Shown here one piece after another: positions 49,842 to 60,868 of a stretch of DNA of 64,000 nt. The notes beneath the pieces were generated by a model that saw only the letters and a list, made by a program, of their open reading frames with translations, made no database searches and was not told the origin of the DNA. Location of the stretch: assembly GCA_964035545.1 (NCBI GenBank), contig OZ037768.1, positions 7,596,741-7,660,740 on the forward strand, given 5' to 3'. This DNA is from Bugula neritina. Its lineage: Eukaryota > Animalia > Bryozoa. Each line of letters opens with the position of its first letter. Within the stretch, counting starts at the first letter, position 1. The position numbers and the translations under genes are program-made.

Positions 49842-52800
49842 TCACATTGTCAACTTTTTCTGAATTAGTTTTCTTAAAAGTCTACTTGCTGAACTTCGCC
49901 TTCTCAGTCGGACTCCCTCTCTCAACCTCTTCGCTTTCACCTCTCTGCAGAGATCAATGAAGGGCTGGGCTACTGATCCCTGGCAGTCTGTTCGTGATGA
50001 TATCTCGTAGGACAGACAGCCATGCTCATCAGCGTACTCTTTCCCAGCCTCACACTTCACCTGCAATATGAGCAATACTCTATTGGCACTAATAACTTTG
50101 AGTCATCTATCTATATTGTAAAAAATTAATCCATACCATAATTTTTTCAAAAGCTATATATGATGAATTTAAGTAATTTTAAAATACTACACATTAAATG
50201 AATCATGTTCAGCTTAGAAAAAAGTTATTAACAGATATGTTGACTAGCTATCTCTATAATAGTTTGGAAAACTAATGAAATAATTTCTGTCTCCTCAAAC
50301 ACTGCCAAATTCTGAGTGACTCAGTTAAAAAAGAGTTTATTCAAGTGATTGGCAATGTTTGTAGTAATTGTTGATTTTTTTAGTCCTCACTTCCATCTCA
50401 TGGCACAACTTTTAATTTAATAGAAGCAAAAAGAGGTGTGATAAAGCAAATACATAATGTATGCTGAATGAACTAGTAATACAGAATAACATAGTTACAC
50501 AACTGATTGAACATTGAAACTAAAAGAAGAATACATTAAAAAGCAGAAGAAAAGTTGTTGCCAATTACATGGGCATTTAGAGTAGTGGAGAAATTGAGAT
50601 AGCCTAGATTCTTTAATTTTCTTAATAATTTTTGGCTTTAGGGTTTCGGTTGAAATTCTCAAAAGAATACAACTTCTATTGCTGCATTTCTAATCTAGAA
50701 CGCAAGGTTTTCTTAATTTCCCGGTTACTGTACCTATGTACCACTCCAATTAAAAGAGACAAGTTAGAAACTACTAGTCTATGATTGTCTTATCTAAATT
50801 TGTGAAATTTTTACTTGATTATTCAACCAAGAGTCTGCAACCAGTTACACATGACAAACATTGCTTTGCATTTCACAAAAACATACATTGGTTCTTATAG
50901 AGTCCAATTGCTGTGAATGTCTTTTAGGACATAAGGCTTGAAACTGGTTAAAAAGGGAAACCAGCCATAAATTATAAAAAATTTGGTTCTCAATAAAACA
51001 ATGACAATACTTAAGTTGTTCACTTGTAAATAGATGTTTGATAGAATCAAACCACCCAGAAATAAATGCAATGTTGCTGAACACTGTTTGATCTTGATAT
51101 AACATCTCAACAAGTAAGAATACTATACTTTATAGGAAAAAGCACTGGAATGCACAACCTGCTCACCTTTGAGCAGAAATGAATCCAGGTTATAATTCTT
51201 GTTGATTATCCTGTCATAACAAAATATTTTGATTATCTCACCTCTCTATGTGTGGGTGACGTAATGTGTTTTCACACATTCTTTCAATACGGTGTTATCC
51301 ATGAACTCAGAAACCTTACAAGGTGTAAATTTATTCAGATTGCATACATAATTAGCATACATAATAGTAAATAAATAACTTTATCTCTTACATAACTGAT
51401 AGATTACAGCTAATGAGTTCAATTACCACACTATTTAATTGTTGTTTTCTGTCTTTCACAAAACAATTGGCAATTTTATGCATTTCAGCAGCTATGAAAG
51501 TGATTGTGGATTACATAGCATTGTGCTATTGTGCTAAAAATCTCATCTTAAACTATAGATTGGAATTCTAAGTTTGAGCTTGTATGTGGTCCTATGGAAC
51601 TAATTTCCATATGCAATGGCAGTGCCAGTGAAATTGAAAACCGAGTGAAAATTTGCATGTATTCGCAATGCTATAAACTTTTTTCAATTTTAGATAATTA
51701 TCAAGTATTACTCGCTAGTCTCAATGAATTGAAGCTGATGAACAATTTGAATGTAAGAAAATCTTGCAATAAAAAGTACTTCTGCAGGAACATTTTAAAA
51801 GGTTTTTTTCAGTGTGTTGGCTGCATGAAATTCACATAAACAGTCCTATTTTGCCGTCTGTGCAAAGTTTTCACTAACTGTTCATGCGGGAGTTTTGCTC
51901 CATGCAGCAGAGCCTTACTAAACAGAGTAACTGTAACTTTATTGAATTAATCATTTATATATTAACAGTATATGGGAATGAATAAATTACATACAATAAG
52001 ATGAAATAGCATAACTTGTTGTTAGAGCCTATGATTGTAGTATTATATATTCATCCATTTATTGCAATTTACATTCACAATAATAAATATGCAGCATAGG
52101 ATTTAATCATGTTTCATACCTGCATTATATTGATGTTAGTTGAGTGTTTAGTGTATTTATGGTGAATATTATAATTAACATCTTTATTTTGAATATAGTA
52201 TAGTATTTGATAAAATTATTGCTTACTATTCATCAGAAGTTGTGTTCTCTATTTAATCAACTTGAGATGTAAACATTGTAGAATCTCTGTTGAGAAATAA
52301 TTTTTTAGTGTAAATCTTATATACAAAGCAGAGTTTTTCTATTTAATTTATGCAACCTGAGTATGTTTGTCAATGCAACCTGTAGTAGATGAAACCTAGG
52401 AAAAGATAAGAAAATTAAATTAATCTGAGCCATTTACATGCTTGCTGTTATATCAAAAAGGACCAGGTTCTATATTTGCAATACATTACCCTGCAGGGCT
52501 GCAGTAATTGTACTTCTAAAGTCTCCTACTGATAATATAAATTATATCAAGCATCTCACAGTATTTATGTGATGCAACCTGTTCAACAGGCTTTATACTA
52601 ACTTAAATAATTCTTTTGGCTATTGAAATTTTCTCTTTTTTAGCTATTTCAAGATCTAATGAATAAAATGTTGTGTTTTTTGTTTTACATGTTTACAATA
52701 ATTTCTATTCTCAGAATTGTTTATGAAAGTAAACTCATCTCTGCACTTTATATAAATATGCAAACGTGAACCACGGTAATTCTTTATTCAGAGAATATGA

Positions 52801-55800
52801 CAATGTTGCAGAAAAATCTCTGAGTTTGTTTAGGCCTTTGTCCTAAGACTAGATTGCCTGCATAAATTTTTGCATGCATGTTTTATCTAGAAGCACCACT
52901 ATTTTGGTTAACATGCATATTATCTTTATTATAGTTACAAAAACTTGCATGTTTTTATTAAGGGTTTCAATGCCACAGACTAAATATTTACACTTTAGCC
53001 TATTTTCTTTTTCTGTTTTACATAACATAAAAAAGTTTAGTGAATGACTATTACGATTACTCTGATGAAGCAATCATTTTGGCACCTTCAACCCCTTAAG
53101 TCAGCACAGCAATTGGACCAGTTGTGCGGTAAAGTTTGTACATAGTGCATGGAGCATAGCAGCATGGCATTGAAAGACTGAGTAGCAAATAATCGTTATA
53201 TATTGTAGCTCCATCATCCCATTAGAAAATTAACAAAGTCACAGCTTTAAAGCAATGTATAAAATTACAAAATAAATATATTTGTGAATTATCATTCTTT
53301 CAGTTAGTTTTTCCATCACTAAAGTAACAGAATTATTTTCAATAATCAGCTAAGTTAAAACTATAAGTAGTTGTGACTCAACCATTTAATTATGATAATA
53401 TATGGTTTAAAGTAGGCTTAGTCATAAAAACACGACTTTTAAATAAAATTAATACATTTTACAAATTTTTTGTCATTCTTTTTACAATCAACTGACTCAT
53501 AATCAGATTACCGTTTGTTTATTAGTGGGTGTGACATAGAATCAGTCGAGGCTCAACGCATTATTGAGGATGCTGTAGAATCTAGAAAATAGCCTGTGTA
53601 ACCTAGAAGAGAGCCTGTATACCCTAGAAAATAGCCTGTATAACCTAGAAGATAGCCTGTGTAGCCTAGAAGATAGCCTGTGTAACCTAGAAGATAGCCT
53701 GTATACCTTAGAAGATAGCCTGTATAACTTAGAACACACCAACAGTAAATATAGCTTTAGAAATTACCTGACGTAGATGAGTCAAATCTGCTTTGTTTCC
53801 TACTATGGCTATACTGGCACCCAACTTTTTACTTTCTACAATAACTGCTCTTAGTGACTGAATTTCTTCGAAGCTATTCAAGTTGGTAATGGAGTAGAGG
53901 AGAACAAATGCGTCTGCCCACTTGATATATCCCTCTCTCTGTACTCTGTCCATATCCTGAACAGTGAAATACAATAAATATATTCATTCATATGGTATTA
54001 TATTCCATTTCAATGATCCTGGATGTAAGATTGTAACAAGCAATTGCATCAACTACGTGAATCATAAATTTGAGAACATATTACAAGCAAAAGATATAGT
54101 AATATGTGTTAACGGTTAAAATGATAGTATACTACAAAGACATAAAAATAAGGGGCTTCAAACTTCATAAAGAATAAGATGTTTTATAGGCATATTTAAA
54201 GACAAGTTTGAATTCAACTTTTCACAAATTCTGTAGCAGATTTGATGGAAATGGCTGTTGGTGAGTTCGTTAAATTGTTGATGATTACTTCAACCAATAG
54301 GATTTATAACTTAGAATAACAATATAATTTTTTATCAACAACAACCAGAGTTTAACTTTTCACCTGGATAAAGTTATTAATCACAATATTTTGTTATGCA
54401 ACTTTTCCATGAAAAGACCAGCTTCATTTGACAGCCTCAAAATGACTCTAATGATCAAAGCTTTAAAAAAAAAATATCAGCAAATACATACCAAACTTAT
54501 TTATACAAACCAGTTTAATTTAATGAAAAAAAGCTTTTATAAAAGTGCAATAATTATATTAAATTTTCCTGAAATTACATATAGCCAAATTTAAGTCAAG
54601 TTATCATTTTTATTTACATCTACAGCAACATGCTTGTCCTATTATTATAGTACTGCACATTAAACAGCTTTAAAACAATTGTTTGAAATAACAATACTTG
54701 AATGATAGTTGATACGTACGACTGAGCTAGTATACCCAGCTGTGTCCAATATTTCCATCTCATGTGTTTTGCTTTCACCTCCACTTTCTGAATCTACTAT
54801 AGCATGCTTGTAAATGAACTCTACAAAAATATCAAAGTTAAACAAAATAGGGCGCTTGTCGAGTCAAGAAAAATATTGCTTCATTCACATAGTCTTTATT
54901 CCAAACTGAAAAAAATTATTTGATAATAGATGAGTTAAGACATGTAGGTTTGCATGGTAGCAGTTTAAAGCAATGATTTGGACAACTGCGTACAAATATA
55001 ATAGAAAATGCAGTTCAAATAATTATACCAAATATTAATAAAGTAATATTTTACACTATATTTGCATAGATTGCAAAACAGATTAAAATTTCAATTTGAT
55101 CAAAATTGATTGAAACTACTACCATTATACTGGTTTGACTGCTTTTATTTTGAATCAAAGTTGAAAAAATACCTTGCAAAAAATGTTCTAACAAAACATG
55201 TTTAAAAGTGAAGTAAATTATTACTAAAGTTCTTTACATATCAGATGAACAGAAATTGCTTTATTGGGAAGATATTAAAGTAATGAATATGTTTTTTTTC
55301 TGCAACAGCAAATGTCGTCTGAAAAGTGTTTATGCAAAGAAAATCTATTATAATTGCTATTAATTTATATATTGTTTACTATGAAAGATTATTTTTATTG
55401 TTATTCTATACAAACATGAGGAAGGACTTTGTTAGTCATTATTTTTATTATACACATACAGCTCACTAATTCTGATTGATCACCTCCCCTGTTTATATAT
55501 TACTTCTCAGCATTATTATAGTGTTTAAAATGTAACTATTAGATATACTCAATGTATTTGTGAGTGAGAGTTGTCTGTACATGCTATTAAATCAGAAACA
55601 TATAAACAAGAAAACTTTATAAAAAAATTGTGTAGTTAAAGATGCTGTAACCACTGTTGTTTTACAAACTCTTTTCAAAAAAACACAGCAAAATTATGTG
55701 CTAGGTTTTAAAAAAAGAGGGGTGAAAGCAATAGAAATTACAAGAATGTGCACAGTTGAGTATTATGAGAAAATTAAATTACGACTGTATGGAAATGCAT

Positions 55801-57999
55801 GTAAAAATTGACTTTGGATTTTTAATCATGATGATAATAATAATAAGATTGCATCTTAAATACTTAATAGGTTGAAAAATATATAGAGCATCATATATTT
55901 AACACAAGAAGTAGTGAGAGTACCATTACTTCAGGGTGTAGTATACCACTTTAGCCTTGGCCTATCACAACAAATACCAAGAATTGAGTTGTTTTGTCTT
56001 AGTGTAGTTATGATAATACAGTTTAATAGTTTTAATAATTTAGCAGTTTGTTTACTGAGAATGATCATCATAGAATAATCTTTCCTAAAATTAGAGAGAA
56101 GATTTGATTGAATCTGCACATTAGCAAGGTCCTAGTTACATCTAATGAAACCAAGTTGCAGTTTAACTGGCTGTTTTTTGGCTAGCTATTAGCTTTATAC
56201 AGTAGCCTGTATAAGCATATGCTAAACACAATACTCCTTTTCACTAGACTAAAATGTTGCTGCTCGCAACAATTTTATGGTGAATGCACGGCAGGAAATG
56301 AAATATTTGACGGAGGGGAAAGGGTAGATGGTTGCCATGCAACTTTGTTGCCATGTGAATAAGTTTACTGAATTATTGTTTATGCAGAGCATATGTAAGA
56401 TATTATGCAGAATAAAAACTGAACATAATGACTACAAATTGCTACACAATGAGGACACAACTCCTGTGTATGAACACTTTATCCTTCCTATGGTAGTGGT
56501 AATTCTATAGAATCTGTCACATTAACTAAACTAAAACAGAAAGTTTCTAATTTAAAAAGATTTTTGTTGTTCTATTGCTAGTCTACAAGGATATTACTTT
56601 GGTGAAACTATTTAAATATGATTTTGGTGCTGATCAACTGTTCATTTATTGAAATAAGGAATATTGTCAATTTTTAGGACACTGTGAAGCTTATATGTAT
56701 ATTTTTATATTTTTTTTATCTAACGAATAACATCACAGCATGCATAATTACTATTAGTAAGCTAACAAGTTGTGACTAATACATTATTCAAGAGCAAAAT
56801 CTTAAGCTGTTTCTTTGAGTAGGTATAACAATGTGTTCAAAATTATACTGAACAGTATAGAAGTTAACAACACTGAACAGGTAGGATACTGCTGAGTTTT
56901 GTTAAATTCAAGACAAGTAAAAAATCCGTAGGTTGCAGAATTGATATTTAACTGATAATTTTAATCAGTTACTGCCTGATAAGGTATGCAAACAAGGGCT
57001 ACATAACCCTCTCACTCTCTTATTCACTCAGTCACACTGAATATTCATGACCTAACACCAATAATCTGATATACTGTGAGAGCTTATCTTGTATAGTAAA
57101 GTGAGCACGTAATGTATATTTACCTAAAGTTGGGTCATAATTCCATATAAACCGGCCAGATATTGTCTTTACTACCAGTGCTGAAAGCAAATAAAGGTGC
57201 AATTTTGACATAAATCACCACACAAATGGTTATTGTTGCTGTAACAATAATCATCATTACACTTTGCTAAGTGACTTTGCACGGTAGCATTACACTTTAC
57301 AGGGTAGTATTCTGCAACATTTGCTGTTGGCCTAACTCATGTCTTGCCCCATTTCACATCTCATTTAACTCCTACGTATTATAGCAATCAGTTCTCTTCT
57401 GTAGGTCAACATGTACGACCACGACAGTGTAGGAAAATGTGCAACACCTACTGTAGATTGAAAGCTTATAGGCAACTTTTGGAATTAACTTATGGCCAAG
57501 CAAAATATGATTATAGGTCAGTATATATAACCTACATTGAGAGCAGCCGTGGTCTAGGGGTTAGAGCACTGGCTTAGTAGGCACAAGGTCATGGGTTCCA
57601 TTCCCAGTAAAGGCCATTGGTGACGTTAGGAAGAGCATTCGGTCATAGTTACTCCCGTGCCACATATGAATAATTAGTCTTCAGCCCACATTTAAAAAAG
57701 CCCTTTCCAACAGCTGGGTTCTCACAGGGATAGTGACTGTAAACTTGCGTGAGTTTTATATGTATAACCTACATTGTCAGAGTCTTACTTGTGTATAAAT
57801 TGCACTAAGGTTTTACTGCAATTGACAATGTTTTTGACACTTTATATAATAAACCAATATAAATCAAAATTGTAATACTAGTGAGCAATGAAAATATATA
57901 TTTGTTTATTAATATATTCAAAATGAGGTAGCTACCTGTTTTGCCATTTCCAGGTGGTCCCAAGATTGCAATTCTAATAACATCATGCTTGGCAGACAT
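49842..57999 (-). CDS. RERG: RERG-like Ras-family small GTPase, 5 coding exons, 209 aa
   Basis: Exons (minus) 57999-57936, 57180-57124, 54820-54720, 53956-53768, 50060-49842, total 630 nt. Motifs: G1 GPPGNGKT, RFIWNYDPTLE, G3 EILDTAGY, REGYIKWADAFVLLYSIT, G4 VGNKADLTHLRQV, G5 YEISSR, C-terminal LCREVK...RRRSS and no CAAX. These fit the RERG subfamily. Confidence 0.88.
53573..53733. repeat. 21-bp minisatellite (consensus CCTGTGTAACCTAGAAGATAG), about 7-8 copies, in the last RERG intron
   Basis: Direct tandem units; it explains the periodic ORF RLSSRLH. Confidence 0.9.
57540..57762 (+). mobile_element. tRNA-derived SINE, copy with a perfect 14-bp target-site duplication
   Basis: A-box-like TGGTCTAGGGG, B-box-like GGTTCCATTCC and core GGTGACGTTAGGAAGAGCATTCGGTC. 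TSD tataacctacattg at 57526-57539 and 57763-57776. Confidence 0.88.
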
Positions 58000-58457
58000 T
58001 ATAGAGCCTCTGAGTGATCAACCTAAATGAAAAATATACTTTTTATATAAGGGATGATTTCTTAGAAAGAGTTCTACTATAGAAACAGCTGCAGCAGGTT
58101 TTTTGTTTTGCATAGACATGTGTAATATAATGTAAAAACAGTTCATTATGTAATACTCTAGTATAATTATATGCATATTACAGTTTAAAACAGTACCGAT
58201 ATTTGAGATTTTCATGCTTTACAAATGCAGATAAGTCAATTACGTTGCAATAATCATTATTTAACGATAGCTTCTACTCATCAAAGTTTTTTGTAAATTA
58301 TCTGATTAAAATATGCATCTTAATTTTGTTTCACTAGAAAATGGATCTTTACATGTGAAATATGAACACCCAGGCAAATAAATATAACTTTTATCTATGT
58401 AGCGGTTGATTTAAAAAAGCATTGTTGTGAAACTATAACTAAATAAATGATATTCAC

Positions 58458-58651
58458 CTGTAGTATGCATTTCTCCAATCTACTGTAGTTTTGCTCATCA
58501 ACCATGAATACTAGTTTGAATGCTGAGTGTGTTAATTTGCTACTTGCAATAGCGCAGCCTTAATTCGTGCCTGATGGAGCATACATGTGCTTGTAGTTGC
58601 CATAGTATTTGTTGATTAACATAGCATTCTTATCAACTCACTATTATTTAT
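58458..58651 (-). promoter_or_regulatory. Candidate TATA box and non-coding first exon of RERG
   Basis: Minus-strand TATAAATA at 58651-58644, donor CAG|GTGAAT at 58458/58457, and acceptor TTTAG| at 58023 just upstream of ATG 57999. Confidence 0.45.
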
Positions 58652-60072
58652 ACCTCTGGCTATAAAATATTTGCAAGAAGTAAAACCTACAATCCATGAC
58701 AAAAGAACAACAATGAACAAGCGTCTCCAGCCACTTTTTGTGTTAAAAGTAATACAGCCTATAGCCAACAAACATGCAAACAGGGTAATATTTATTTAAG
58801 AAAACCTTCTTTGTTTGTTGCACTTGGCTACAGCTCTGACTTTGTTCTTCAATAATGGAATGGGACTTTTGATATAAGCAATACAACAGAATTGACCATC
58901 CAACACTCAACCTGTGGGCATTCTTTTTCCTGCAAATCCATCTGCCACTCTAATCTGTTGAAAAATCAATAATTTAATTTATTTTAATTTACATTTTGCA
59001 TTCACTTTTCAAAACAATGCTGATATTTGAAATTATTAACAAGGTTGTTTGATGTAGCCAATAAGTCTTTGATTAGCTTGAATTCTTGAGAATCAAAATT
59101 TTAATTTAAGTGTGTGTAATACTTTTTATGGAAATGTTTATAATTCTTTGGAATGAATATCGAATAGTGCATCAAGTAAAACTACAAACTATAAGTTATA
59201 CAAACTCAGTGGATAACAAATATTAATTATTTTCGTAGCCTAATTACTTTCTGACCACATATTGCAAAATATAAGGCTTATAGGAAAGGATGGTCATACA
59301 TGAAAGTAATTACAAAAATATTTTGTTGGTTATATTTGTTTACCAGCTTTTTTTGCTTCACTGTTTATTTAGCATATTATTTAAATTACCTGCAGCAACT
59401 GGTAATAATAAATTATGCAATGGATGTAGGTAATAATATCTCATGAAGATATTGTACTAACATATTAACATGCATACACTAATTAATTTTGACTGTAATA
59501 TTGGAAACTATCAGCACAAATTACTGACATCTGGGTTGTTGCTAGTTTGCTGTATTTAATTTATGCATAAAAGTTATCACATTGAGAAAAGAAAGATTTT
59601 ATGCAGCCATATAGTATTTTTATAACATGATTCTGAATTATCAAGCCATCTTTGAGCAATTACCTAATTTAAGAGTTGTTTAAATTTAATATATTTAGCC
59701 AGTTTTTGTTGACTTATGTGGTACATAGTTTCTGTCACAGTCGATTTGATTGGGTTTGACTGGATTAAATATATGAGTTAGAATTTGGCCAGAGTTCGAG
59801 GTTATATTGTATTCATTGAAATAATATAATAAGGTAGTTTTAACTTTACTGGTTATATCATTTGCCCTGTACAATTGTATTTGGGATCAAGAGCTATATG
59901 TTGAAGTTGTCTATCCTATGCATATTGTTCGCTCCATGAATAGTTGTATATAAAACTAAATTTAAAAATTTTACTTTTTTGTAAAAACTACGTTGATATA
60001 ATTTATAAAATCAAGTTTTTGATAAGGTATTGTATTACTTTTAAAAAACTAGTTTTTGGTGTTTGCGAGTGT

Positions 60073-60137
60073 GTTACTATAGTAAACAAGATGGCGAGTT
60101 ACAGGTGGAATAATTAAAATGTGCCCATCAGTTGTAG
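60073..60137 (+). promoter_or_regulatory. X-box-like palindrome, YY1-like AAGATGGCG and first exon of the last gene
   Basis: GTTACTATAGTAAAC (60073-60087), AAGATGGCG (60088-60096) and donor TAG|GTGAGG at 60137/60138, in a locally CpG-containing patch. Confidence 0.5.
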
Positions 60138-60868
60138 GTGAGGTTCAAGATGATTTAGGCCCTAAACTTTATTTAATCAATGCGAGATCAGATAGTTTAA
60201 GAATTATTTTAGCTATTGTTTTGGCCGTTATGTTAATAGCAAAAAGCCTAGTATTGGCCATAGGAATAATTTATTTTTAAATTCATACGAGTAGTCGCTC
60301 GGCTTTTAGTTTTACGTTTAGTTTTACGCCTACGGAGTCAATGTTGTACTCACTCGCCGTTTTCGTAGTTAAATGATCTTGATAATACCGTATATTATTT
60401 ACTTTTTAATAATATAGTTTTTTAATAAATAGTCAAATTATCAAATATTTAACATAAATATTATACTCGTATTTAAAATAAAATTTACTTCAAATTCATA
60501 TGCAAAATTATTAAATTTTAAACTATTACTATTACTGTTAACAAATATTTAATTGTTTCATTTAGTTAATGATACAAATTTTACTAAAATTAAAAGTTGA
60601 ATGACATTGTTTCAATGTTTATTACATACTTATATTAGCACATTCATGCTGAAAATATTCAATCAATAATGGATGTGGTTAGTTAGTCTCTCTAAACTTA
60701 CTAATTCATTTTTAAAAGTTTGTTCTCCACACTTTACACATACAACCTGTGTGACAGAGTATAAAGTCTCACTGGGCAATTTTTACAAGGAATATTTTAT
60801 TGTTTAAATAGTACCAGATTTAATATTATGTATTGATTTTAGAATTGTAATTACTGTTTAGTATCAGT

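Noticed and set aside
42260-50332. Shared ~25-bp motif (aattctgagtgactc) at ~42268 (minus) and ~50307 (plus)
   Set aside because: Too short to define an element; probably a fragment of a dispersed repeat.
23171-53733. Tandem arrays considered as CRISPR-like repeats
   Set aside because: Units are head-to-tail with no unique spacers, there are no cas genes, and the context is eukaryotic introns.
17447-53733. All longer repeat units are multiples of 7 nt (14, 21, 21, 21)
   Set aside because: The units share no sequence, there are only four cases, and one is constrained by coding frame; coincidence cannot be excluded.
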